Shown in pieces: positions 39,870 to 51,580 of a stretch of 64,000 bases of DNA. The stretch covers positions 4,883,319-4,947,318 of the forward strand of contig CM082594.2 in assembly GCA_040954595.2 (NCBI GenBank), written 5' to 3'. This DNA comes from Balanoglossus misakiensis. Its lineage: Eukaryota > Animalia > Hemichordata. The first letter of the stretch is position 1. The number at the start of each line of letters is the position of its first letter. The notes beneath the pieces were generated by a model. It had not been told where the DNA came from. It saw nothing but the letters and a program-made list of their open reading frames with translations, and searched no databases. A program made the position numbers and the translations under genes.

Positions 39870-42794
39870 ATGGAGCGGTCGGTGCAGGAGATTGTGACAG
39901 CCCATCAGCAAAGAGAAGGGGGAGGATTCTTAGTGCGGAGACCCATTGGTGGCAGAATCAAGATGGTGGATCCTTTCATCCTTCTGGACCATCTGGGTAA
40001 ATTTGACACCTTTTTGTTTATTCTCCATTTTTAACCCCACTGCAATCACCAGGATCTACTAGGATCTTCAGTTGCTGTCATGCCCAGTCTATGCTAGGGT
40101 TGGCTGCTTTGTTCTTTTCTAAGAATGATCTAATTTCAGGGATTTGTGGATGAATTGTAATGTTTATAAATAAACAAAACGCAGCACGACGACCCCTTCA
40201 GTTTAATTTTTTTGTTTATCCTAACACTCAGAAATGAGGCCTGATTTTTTTTCGGGGGGAGGAGGGTGGGGGGGGGGGGGGTGCTTTCCATCATAATATG
40301 CACGTTCAATCTTCTTTATTTTCGTGTTTTTTTTTTAAATTTCAAAAATATTTAATGTCAATGCATATAGGTATTATCTTTTAAAAAGTACTGTGTTATT
40401 GATATCCTGCAGGACCAGTGACCCACAAACCTGGTGAAGCTATGGGAGCCCCAGATCATCCTCATCGTGGATTTGAAACAGTGTCCTACATCATAGAGGG
40501 CGGTGTACACCACAAAGATTCGGCTGGCAATGAGGGTAAGGGTTTTTTTTTTATTAAAGGGACAAAGTCTCTCTCTCGCTGCCCCTTTTCCATTAAAGGG
40601 ACAAAGTCTCTCTCTCGCTGCCCCTTTTATGATATTCACACTCGGTACAAAGTTACTGTATTGCTCATTGTCTGCACGCATTTATAGTGGTCCTGGAACT
40701 TTTTTTGTTTTTGCTTCCAAGTGCTCACGCAAGTTTTGTCGTGACTTTTCTCAGGGATATTGAGGTCCGGCTGGGTGCAGTGGATGACAGCTGGCAGTGG
40801 GGTGGTGCACAGCGAGATGCCGCCCGATGACATGATCAAAAATGGCGGTCGCATGGAAGCGGCCCAATTATGGGTCAATTTACGATCAACGGTATGTGTA
40901 TGTGTATAAGTCTTAGGAAAGGTAACGCTCGTCATGATATCCCTGCACAAGTCGAATTTAAGTTGGTCTAGTTATTGTGGTCTGATTTATGTTTCGGTTG
41001 AAAAGAAAGATCGATAATTGTATTGATAAAACAAAAACTAAGACCTTACAGGACTATGTAATGAATACTATCAAATGAAAATTACAATTTTTGTCCAAAA
41101 CTTGTTGCTTTACTACAGACCAGCAACATGCAATTTATGAACTTGAACTCAACCAGGGTGTCGCTCACTTGAAACTTTTTGATTGTGTGCATTGCATTGT
41201 GGGTAAAGCATGGGCCATACTGTCACATAACCATTCCCCACCCTCATTTGCATATGTATAGTACACATGGGAGATAAGGAAAAAATAAGCATTGCGGAAC
41301 TCCCTAAGTTACAGCAGTGATGATCTGTCGTTTCAGGATAAGTTTGTTGCACCCCGCTACCAAGACACACCTGCCGAGAAGATTCCTGTTGTGCAAACGC
41401 CGGATGGCAAGGTCATAGTCAAGATCATTGCAGGATCGTCCTTGGGTAAGTTTTCAAGACACATGCACAGAAAGAATGTTGAAAATCTGGCTGTTGGTGT
41501 CTTAAGCTTCTTTATGGGAGGTAATTCATTCCATTTTAGGTAAACATTATTGGCTTTGATTTGAAGAATAATATCCGGTCATTTGGGATGCAAAGGGTTA
41601 GATTTTGGGGTCAATTATGCAGTTGAAGATCTGTGAGGACAGGGCCGCACATGAACTGCAAGAAAGATAAACTCGTCTGTTTAAAATGAAGTTTATCTAG
41701 AAATGATGTATTTCCATCTACCCAGGCACGCAAGCAGTAATAGAGACTCGATCGCCCATGATGTATCTAGACATCCACCTTCAACCAGGTGCCACCTTCG
41801 CGCAGGAAGTACCCGAGTCCTTCAATGGATTTGCGTATGTCCGAGGGGGTTCTGGGTACCTGGGTCATGACCTGAAACCGGCCAAGATGGGCCAGGTCGG
41901 CGTCCTGACTGCAGGGTCAAAGTTCACCATGAAAGCTGCTGATGATCAGGGTAGGTTTCCGTGGCCGTGTGATTCACACATTTGAAAAAAAAGTTGTAAA
42001 CAGGAGAAGAGTAATGACAGTATAAACAACTTTCACTCTGGTCTATTTCTGTTCAGATCAGTCCAGCATTGCCATTGAAAACAGTGGACTTAAGCTAAGC
42101 TTGTAGTTCAAAAGAGTTTTTGTACATTAATACATGATGAAACCTTAGGTTGAATATGATTTTTAGGACCAGAGTCGTACATCATACAAGTAAAAAGGCC
42201 CTCGGCCAAAAGGTTGGCCCTTCCAGTGTGTGACATTGGACCACTAAACCCATCCTACAAAGATTAATGCATGTAGGTAACTTAACATGTGTGTGATAAT
42301 CGCCATCTCATATTTCTTGATTTATACAGAATGCTATGTTCTGCTGATAGCTGGAGAACCACTGAATGAACCTGTGGTACACTATGGTCCGTTCGTTATG
42401 AACTCTCAAGCACAAATACAACAGGTAGGGCACTTCACAAGGCTGTTTGATGACGGCGTTGTCAGTTTGGGGTTGGACAGAGACCAACAATATGGGGTAG
42501 CTTGAGTGATGCAGTCTGAGCTACAAATGTGTGCATGCATGTGTAACAGTGTATGTGTGTGTTCTTGCACTGGTGTAGGTGTGTGTGTGTGTGTGCCAGT
42601 GGTCAGGTTTATGTGAGTGGCCATGTGGAAGAGAAATTTCCGCCTTACAGTTTGTTTGTTTTATTCGATCCACACAGGCAATCAAGGATTACCACTCCGG
42701 AATGCTGGGAAGGATTCCGGGAAGTGAGAAGAGATACCGGCAAGCGGAGGAGGCCAGACAGAAACAGAAAGATGCGGGCAAATTGGATGAATAG
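39870..42794 (+). CDS. PIR: Pirin-family bicupin protein (iron-binding, quercetin 2,3-dioxygenase-like), 7 exons, ~310 aa
   Basis: Exons 39870-39996, 40413-40535, 40755-40891, 41337-41445, 41726-41950, 42330-42424, 42678-42794. All are GT-AG, phase-consistent, 933 nt in total. Motifs [52 protein letters not shown] and [17 protein letters not shown] are present, with all four metal ligands (H,H,H,E). Orthology to vertebrate PIR is not established. Confidence 0.93.
40553..40628. repeat. 39-bp tandem duplication in pirin intron 2
   Basis: ATTAAAGGGACAAAGTCTCTCTCTCGCTGCCCCTTTT occurs twice (40553, 40592). Confidence 0.9.
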
Positions 42795-43964
42795 AGGAAT
42801 TCACATTGCAGTATGACTTTGATGTCAGTCAGTGGGGTATCAAAGACTTGAATCCAGTCTGATAAAAATCTGTCATTCTTGACCTTTGCTTGGGCCTTGC
42901 TGTTCACTGCCACAGTCACCTCTTGACATATGACCAACTACGGAGGCAGAACTCGATCAAAGCCCGCGCTTTGGCCTGGACTACAGACAAATTTTATCTA
43001 TTAACAAGGGGCTGAAATCACAATGACACCAGCATTATACTCAGTTTTTGTCATACTTTTATGTACCAGTTCGGATCAAAAGCGAGCACAGTGTGGTTGG
43101 TACTATATTAACACTTTTTTACTCTCAAATTGAACAGAATATATATGTGTAAATATGGATATTTAAAATATGATGTGGTTTGGATGAACTTTCTGGAGAT
43201 TAGTGTCTGCCCAAAGTCTGAAATGCTATTAACCTGAATCCAAATTGATAAAGGGATTATGGAGACTGTTAAATGATTAATAATGAAACTATATGTATAC
43301 ATTGTAAAAAAAATTGTAAATAACAATTTACATCATTTTTTTATTGTAAACATTTTATTGAAATATGGTATAGAACTATAGTCAGTGATATATAATGGAT
43401 GTGATGTTTTATGCAAACCAAAGATTTGTCTTAGTCTTTCTCTTCATATCATTGATGAAACTCTTGCCTGGCAATACGTATGCATTCCACAAATCCAAGG
43501 CGGAGAGAAGAAATAAAGAATTTTAATCCGAAATATTTCATGTTTTGAATCTAAGGAAAGATATATGGATGTCTGGCCAACAGACAGAGAAGTGATGATA
43601 GGCGTTTTGAAAATAGTGAAGAATCCTGCCCCAATTGTGATGCCTGCCGTATATCGATCTCTAAGTCTCAAAAGGAAGTAGTAACAAAGTAGAGATAGAT
43701 GTCAACAGTAACCATCAATGGTTGTTTATTTAATTACAGAGATGCATTTTATTAAAATTAGTTTATCTACCAGCTCATGGCACCTGTTGTGTTAAGAAGG
43801 AAAGTGTAGTTGATAAAAAAATGCAATATAGAAAAAAATTAAAAGTTTCTGCAAATGGCGATCCACTTGTTCATCTGCTTAAATAGTAGAGACAGCAAAT
43901 TTCCCTCTCACAGTGTTCGCAGTTCGCAATATTTAAATGAAGGAATTTGTCTCTGGCAATTTCA

Positions 43965-44780
43965 TCACACAATGGGATAGAAGTTGTCGGGCGTGTTTCT
44001 GATTTGCGTGAACACGGACGTCCACCCGAGCCTCATCAGGGCATTGTCCAAGGTGGCCATGTTGGCGGCTTGTCCATCCTTCGCTCTCCACGCCACCAGC
44101 ATATTGTACACCTGGTGCTGCTGGTTGTCGGGGGCCAGCATCCTGATGTGCGCCAACTGCTCATCGCTGAGTCCCAGCTCGCGTCCCAATTCCGGATACC
44201 TGTTGCCGACCAGGGTTGCCATGGTGATCAACTTGCGGTCGCAGAGGAGCCCTGGAAGGAAACAGAAAGGCAGTGGCACTGGATGCATTTTCAAAATCAA
44301 AGTCCAACAAATAAAAACACCTTGGGCCCCGCCCCCACCCCCCAGGTCATGAGTACTATTCTAAATCAAACTTAAAATTTTTCGACGTGACATTCATCGT
44401 TTATTTTGAGAGCTATATCATTACATGTGTGAAACATGGAGCATGTATGTGTTGAGGAACCGTGCATATGCTTTTAAACCTAACTTTATTCGCTCAATAA
44501 CACACTCAGGGGGTGGGAGTGCGCTAAGCTTTAGGCAAAATTTACAAAACTCAAAGTTGCCAACTTCGACACTGGACGAAGCTGCTGTTAATGTTGAGGT
44601 GGAAATTTCACAAGAGGAAGTTTATCTTTGTGAGTAAAGATATACATGAACTTTTCTCTTTCGTTCCAATCAAGCAAGCCAGGATAATATACTATAGATA
44701 TGTACATGGAAACCGATATTAATACCTTGTTCATCGTATAACGAAGCCCCACCGGCAAGCCGTCCTCCTCTGCTTGACAT
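43965..44780 (-). CDS. Small death-domain-only protein, 2 exons, ~113 aa
   Basis: Exon 44780-44726 (MSSRGGRLAGGASLYDEQ, donor G|GTATTA) plus exon 44251-43965 (acceptor ccttcCAG), joined in phase 1. The second exon reads LVGNRYPELGRELGLSDEQLAHIRM...QQHQVYNMLVAWRAKDGQAANMATLDNALMRLG, the typical death-domain pattern (LGR-LGLS, ML-W, AT/N-L-AL). Confidence 0.8.
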
Positions 44781-46934
44781 CGTCGACACTTTTGACGGCA
44801 GACCTCAAGGAAAGTAGTCGCTAGTCACGAGTACAGGCTGGACAAATAATCGTCTTGATATTTCTGAATGGAGTGTGTTTACCCACAAATTAGTGGCTAA
44901 GAAGACTGCTATTGTACAACAAGATTAGGTGTTGTTGTGAGGCAAGCTGGTCATTGTTGATACTGGGGTTGCCATCTCGGCTTTCATATGTAAATTTTGA
45001 CCCACCGGGTTGTGAACAGCGCCCCCAACCATCGGCGATAAGACGGAAATGTGTGAATAATCTTGAGCAATATATATGAGAAAAAGTTTTCAAGACTGAT
45101 TTTCCTTACAACTGGAAATTCCAGTGTTTTTAACAGAAATACCTTTTATGAGCACGCTCTCGAAATAAAGGTTATTATAAAATGTATGTATGCATGCATG
45201 TATTTGTGTGTGTGGTTGCATGCCATATCATATGTCGAGGTATGATATAATACGGGTAAATTTTCCCATTTTAAGATTTGTTCATATCTGGCTACAGTAA
45301 AATTAATTTATTTCTTGGTAGCAGTTGCCATTAATAATTGTTTTTTTTTTTATTCCTGATTGGTTTATTGTAATAATTACTTCTTTTTTCCTGATTGGTT
45401 TATTGGAATGATTGCTAGTCCCTGATTGGCTTTTTCCTGCTTGAAATACAGCTGGTCTGCTGGCTCTCAAATTAGCATACATATGCAAATCACTACTGCA
45501 GTATTCCCTATCAGCAGTCTGTGACTGGTCAGTTTGTCCAGGCAAAATTTGTTTATCAATAGTTGCGCAACTGATTATGACTAAACGTCATCAGTCCTTC
45601 TGAGGTGGACGTGGTTGCAGAAGCCACGTTTTTCATGTCCCCGTTTTTTCTGACTTTCCCAGTGAAAAACTAAATTTTACCCCCATTCTAGGCTGAACTG
45701 TTCGCTGAAGATGTTATCAGTTATGGTAAGTCATGGATTTTTTCTCTCTTTGAACAGAAACACGTCTGCAAGTCCGGCAAAATTGTCCATGAACATTTTC
45801 CCCGTTGTTGGGTAAGGGGGGGGGGGGGTGTCCATTGCCCAAGCATGGAGAAATATGGCTGCCGTTCATTTTGTGTCAATGGCCTCGCTTTGTTCAACTT
45901 TGCTTCACTGGAAAGTATCATGTTCACAACGTGCCTGTATCACTAAATTCATAACTGCAGCTTGTGAACCTTTCGTTTCTGTCATTTTTGTGGCGTATTT
46001 TTCTTCATGAAACTTATTTTTCTTTGTTTGCTGTCCGTTATTCAGAACGTTGTGGACGCGACAGTTCATCAAGCCCATCTGAACGCGTGGTCCGTCAGTG
46101 GAGCAGTGAAGGTACGTCTCTCATTACAATTACTCATTAAGATTCAGTCAGTCAGATGCATTGATGGCAGACAATCGTGTACATGTTGACTCGCTAGATA
46201 ATATTTTATTGCAATGTATCTTTTTTGGGGCAGTTGTCCATCAAACTATTTAGTGCAACATCAACAAAGTTGCACAGGACAAGCCCTTTGAAATAGATAT
46301 GATTCTTGACTTGTCAGTTACAAGTCTGTAGATGACTTCGCGAAATATTTAATTGTCTTGCCATAAGAGTAGCTAGTGCAGGTTAGTCCAGCAGTTTGGA
46401 GGTTTGCCAGTCGGATATGGACAACCAAACTTTGCAACGACAGTGAAGAAATGGTGATGCAGAATTTTTTTTAATTAAAAGTACAAAGTTGCTCTTTTTG
46501 ACCTTTCTGTGATATCAAGAATTCATGGAATACTTTTCTTTAAGTCTGGTTGTGTACAAAATGAGTCAAAACTTCAAAACATTTTTTTACCTTTTGATGA
46601 ATGTAAAACAAAAATTTTGTTTGTGACCTGTAAGCGAACTACATGTATTTGGCTATATCAATTCAGTTTCCTTAAGTAAACATTGTCACAGAATTATATT
46701 TTGGCATATTTCAAAAAGTCAAAAGGCATAGAAATATTCATATCAACATAGGTCAACAGAGAGCAATTTTGTCACTTTAATAATGAACAATAATATTAAA
46801 GAGAAACTTTGTTGGATGTGTGTACTTTATTGGATGTGTCTGGGCATTGCCAAGTTTAGTAGTGTTAGCAAAATACAGGTTCCCCCCCCCCTCCCCTATC
46901 AAATAGTCCAACAGTCTTTTATTTGAGTGAATTA

Positions 46935-47085
46935 CTGATCTCTGTAGCTGTTGCGAGGTTGTCTGGATAACATATGAAGTAACAGTCTTGGTGCATGGTC
47001 ATCTATTTGGCCATCCCCAGAGGTCAGGTGTTCTGATCTCTGTGGCTGTTGCGAGGTTGTCTGGATAGCCAAATGAAGTAACAGT
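46935..47085. repeat. ~52-bp direct repeat pair, ~98 bp apart
   Basis: CTGATCTCTGTRGCTGTTGCGAGGTTGTCTGGATA...ATGAAGTAACAGT occurs twice. Confidence 0.8.
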
Positions 47086-47304
47086 GGTCATCTTATTATT
47101 GGATGATGACCAGAGATTCATGTATTATAATCTGCTAAAATGATAGTTTAATCCAAGTCCTAAAAGAGCTTAATAATTAATTGTTAATAGTATTCAAATT
47201 GCATTTTTTGATAAAATGTTAGCTGATTGTAGTAAGTTTCATAACGTATTTGGCTATATGTTAAGTCTTTAAGAGTAGCATGTAGGACTCATTTTAACTT
47301 TTCA

Positions 47305-48112
47305 CATCTTTAATAAACTAGTTTCTTTAATCCCTAAATGATGTCATAGGTCACAGGCATAATTAAAATAAACCTCCAATATAAAAACTAAACTTAGTGT
47401 TCTTAAGGAGTGTCAAGATCTTCACAAAGAGAGAGCAGACAACTTCTCTTGAATTTTGCAAGTTTTCTTTATTCATATAAAATGATCTTCAATAAACTAG
47501 TATATTTAATCCCTGAATGTCATAGGTCACATGAATAATTAGTATAAACCTCCATTATGTATAATTGTAGGGAATACACAGTAGGTAAAATAAAAACATC
47601 ACAGCTAGTGTTCTTAAAGAGTGTCAGGATCACCACAAAGAGAGCAGACAAATTCTCTTGAATTTTGCAAGTTTTCTTTATTCATATAAAATGATCTTCA
47701 ATAAACTAGTATATTTAATCCCTGAATGTCATAGGTCACATGAATAATTAGTATAAACCTCCATTATGTATAATTGTAGGGAATACACAGTAGGTAAAAT
47801 AAAAACATCACAGCTAGTGTTCTTAAAGAGTGTCAGGATCACCACAAAGAGAGCAGACAAATTCTCTTGAATTTTGCAAGTTTTCTTTATTCATATAAAA
47901 TGATCTTCAATAAACTAGTATATTTAATCCCTGAATGTCATAGGTCACATGAATAATTAGTATAAACCTCCATTATGTATAATTGTAGGGAATACACAGT
48001 AGGTAAAATAAAAACATCACAGCCAGTGTTCTTAAAGAGTGTCAGGATCACCACAAAGAGAGCAGACAAATTCTCTTGAATTTTGCAAGTTTTCTTTATT
48101 CATATAAAATGA
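47305..48112. repeat. 209-bp tandem repeat (3 near-identical copies plus a diverged, shorter first copy)
   Basis: The marker AATAAACTAG occurs at 47312, 47491, 47700 and 47909. A further diverged partial copy lies at ~48515-48610. Confidence 0.92.
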
Positions 48113-48238
48113 GCTGACAAAGTTTGAAATCAAAACTCGTACATTTTGTTCACATGAAGAATAAAAATTGCAATAGCTCATAAAAGAAAGTGAAAACTGA
48201 TTGAATTTGAAACAGAATTATATTTACAATTCCAGTTG

Positions 48239-48350
48239 ATTTGAGAATGTTTCTCAGTAAATTTTGGCGGCCATTTTGAAATTCAAATTTGAGAATGTTT
48301 CTCAGTAAATTTTGGCGGCCATTTTGAAATTCAAATTTGAGAGTGTTTCT
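48239..48350. repeat. 48-bp tandem repeat (~2.3 copies)
   Basis: ATTTGAGAATGTTTCTCAGTAAATTTTGGCGGCCATTTTGAAATTCAA is repeated. Confidence 0.85.
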
Positions 48351-48836
48351 AGTTAAAAAATTTGCAGTATTCCTCACTTTATTCAAATCTGAAATTGCCT
48401 TTAGCATGTTCCGAGTCAGGTACTTCCATAAGGGATGTTAATTTCCAGTCAATTCAGAAGACTTTGATCCAGTTCCTAAAATAGCATAATGCAATTTCAT
48501 TGCATTTTAGATAAAAATCACAGCTAGTGTTCATAATGAATATCAGGGTCACCACAAAGACAGAACAGACAATTTCTCTTGAATAATGCAATTCTTTTAT
48601 TTACTTTATAAAATAAGCGGACAATTTTGAAATGCTCTGACAATAATAGAAATAGGCAGTCTAGAATGTGTGCATGTATAACTGTCAATAGTTTTAAAAC
48701 TTAGGAATATTGTATGATTGATAGATTCCAAAACTGCATTAAATCTTGTGTACAACCGAGTCCATGGCAATCTCCCTGCACCTAAGGAAGAAAATAAAAT
48801 TTGATTAGGAGAATAACTTAGCAATGTAATTGTGTG

Positions 48837-49015
48837 TCTTACTTCGGTTGAGCAAACTTAAATTTTTTTTTTACAAGTGCATTACGGGCATCCTAATCTA
48901 TGCAAGATCTTTTCTAATGCAAAAATGTTTTGCATCTGAAAAGATCTTGCATAGATTATGATGCCCATAATGCACTTGTAAAAAAAAAATTTAAGTTAGC
49001 TCAACCGAAGTAAGA
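48837..49015. repeat. 179-bp near-perfect palindrome (inverted repeat, ~88-bp arms, minimal loop)
   Basis: TCTTACTTCGGTTGAGC...GCAAAAATGTTTTGC...GCTCAACCGAAGTAAGA, with about 5 mismatched positions between the arms. Confidence 0.93.
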
Positions 49016-49434
49016 GTTATGGTAGGGATTTATTAGTGTCTGCTGAACACTCATGGGGAGGTTAGGGTGGGGGCTAGGGATGGCATATAAAAAGCCAAAA
49101 AAAAAAACTAAGTCAGAAACGCTAAAAATTTGAAATTTGTCTATACCACCACGTTGGGGCATATACAAGTTTCTAAAATTTTCTAAGTTTTGTTTGACTT
49201 AGAAAATTTTTGAAACTTGTGTATGCCCCCTACATAACTTGCATTTTCTAACACTTGCCTTGTCTTTTCAGATCCCGGCTGGACTCCACTTCTTTCGATT
49301 GGTCATCAACCATTCAACAGATAGACCTGAAACGACAAGTGAATACGAGTTAAATTTCAATATGAAATATGAAAATGAAATAAAATACAATAAATTTCAA
49401 TCCTTGGTGTCTGCTTTTTTGTAAAAAAAAAAAA

Positions 49435-51125
49435 ACACTTAGAAATTTTTCAGGCTTTACTCTATACTTATTAAAAACACTTAGAAATTTTTCGGGCTTT
49501 ACTCTATACTTATTAAAAACACTTAGAAATTTTTCAGGCTTTACTCTATACTTATTAAAAACACTTAGAAATTTTTCGGGCTTTACTCTATACTTTGATA
49601 TTAAAAACACTTAGAAATTTTTCAGGCTTCACTCTATACTTTAACATTCGAAACAAACTTTGAAATTTTTCAGGCTTCACTCTAACATTAAAAAAAACTT
49701 AGAAATTTTTCAGGCTTTACTCTATACTTTGATATTAAAAACACTTAGAAATTTTTCAGGCTTTACTCTATACTTTGATATTAAAAACACTTAGAAATTT
49801 TTCAGGCTTTACTCTATACTTTGATATTAAAAACACTTAGAAATTTTTCAGGCTTTACTCTATACTTTCACATTCGAAACAAACTTAGAAATTTTTCAGG
49901 CTTCACTCTATACTTATTAAAAACACTTAGAAATTTTTCAGGCTTTACTCTATACTTATTAAAAACACTTAGAAATTTTTCGGGCTTTACTCTATACTTA
50001 TTAAAAACACTTAGAAATTTTTCAGGCTTTACTCTATACTTATTAAAAACACTTAGAAATTTTTCGGGCTTTACTCTATACTTTGATATTAAAAACACTT
50101 AGAAATTTTTCAGGCTTCACTCTATACTTTAACATTCGAAACAAACTTTGAAATTTTTCAGGCTTCACTCTAACATTAAAAAAAACTTAGAAATTTTTCA
50201 GGCTTTACTCTATACTTTGATATTAAAAACACTTAGAAATTTTTCAGGCTTTACTCTATACTTTGATATTAAAAACACTTAGAAATTTTTCAGGCTTTAC
50301 TCTATACTTTCACATTCGAAACAAACTTAGAAATTTTTCAGGCTTTACTCTATACTTTCACATTCGAAAAAAACTTAGAAATTTTTCAGGCTTCACTCTA
50401 TACTTATTAAAAACACTTAGAAATTTTTCAGGCTTTACTCTATACTTATTAAAAACACTTAGAAATTTTTCGGGCTTTACTCTATACTTATTAAAAACAC
50501 TTAGAAATTTTTCAGGCTTTACTCTATACTTATTAAAAACACTTAGAAATTTTTCGGGCTTTACTCTATACTTTGATATTAAAAACACTTAGAAATTTTT
50601 CAGGCTTCACTCTATACTTTAACATTCGAAACAAACTTTGAAATTTTTCAGGCTTCACTCGCTTTACTCTATACTTTGATATTAAAAACACTTAGAAATT
50701 TTTCAGGCTTTACTCTATACTTTGATATTAAAAAAACTTAGAAATTTTTCAGGCTTTACTCTATACTTTCACATTCGAAACAAACTTAGAAATTTTTCAG
50801 GCTTTACTCTATACTTTCACATTCGAAAAAAACTTAGAAATTTTTCAGGCTTTACTCTATAATTTGATATTAAAAACACTTAGAAATCTTTCAGGCTTCA
50901 CTCTATACTTTAACATTAAAAAAATACTTAGAAATTTTTCAGGCTTTTATTTTATACTTTCACATTCGAAACAAACTTTGATATTTTTCAGGCTTTACTC
51001 TATACTTTCACATTCGAAACAAACTTTGAAATTTTTCAGGCTTTACTCTATACTTTCACATTCGAAAAAAACTTAGAATTTTTCAGAATTTACTCTCTAC
51101 TTTCAATTTAAAACATACTTAGAAA
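49435..51125. repeat. Minisatellite array of 42/46/48-bp units with ~490-bp higher-order period
   Basis: Constant core ACTTAGAAATTTTTCAGGCTTTACTCTATACTT with a few recurring linkers (ATTAAAAAC, TGATATTAAAAAC, TCACATTCGAAACAA). The block pattern restarts at ~49435, ~49923 and ~50413. Confidence 0.95.
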
Positions 51126-51580
51126 CTCAGACATATCTATAAATGAACAATTCTATGAAACTGCATTGACATTTTTGCAAATTGTCTACCAGGAAAAATA
51201 TAACAATTGCAGTTTTTCACAACTATAAATGCTATTTTTTCTGACTATTCAAGATCTTGTTATCACAAAGTGGTTCCAATTGTGTTAATGACAGTGAGAT
51301 GAAGGGATGTGGCAGCCAGTGTGTGTGTGTCAGATTGAGATTGATTCAGTCCTACCTGAACATGCAGTGCCCTTGGATTCTGTAAACCATCGTTTGAGTA
51401 TTGAGTTGATTTCACCTTCGCTGCAAAGCAAAAAAAATCAAGGTAAGTTTAACAATATTAGCACTTAAACAAAAAGACTGACTCTAGTCTATGTGTAATA
51501 GGCCACTTGCATGACCATTGTATGACCTTGGCATTCTGGCATTCTGGTGATTAATCATCCATGTGCCATAACAGCAAGAT

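Noticed and set aside
43947-44375. Plus-strand ORFs of 142 and 122 aa overlapping the death-domain exon
   Set aside because: Antisense shadows of the GC-rich minus-strand coding exon, with no recognisable motifs.
46935-47150. Possible box C/D snoRNA pair in the duplicated segment
   Set aside because: C and D boxes are not in the right order and spacing, and no terminal stem or rRNA guide was recognised.
49350-51076. Repetitive ORFs (LLKTLRNFSGFTLY / KYRVKPEKFLSVFN)
   Set aside because: By-products of 42- and 48-bp units being multiples of three. The frames break at every 46-bp unit.
49435-51125. CRISPR-like appearance (constant ~33-bp repeat with variable intervening sequence)
   Set aside because: The linkers are only 9-15 bp and recur rather than being unique spacers. 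The context is eukaryotic with no cas genes. It is a minisatellite.
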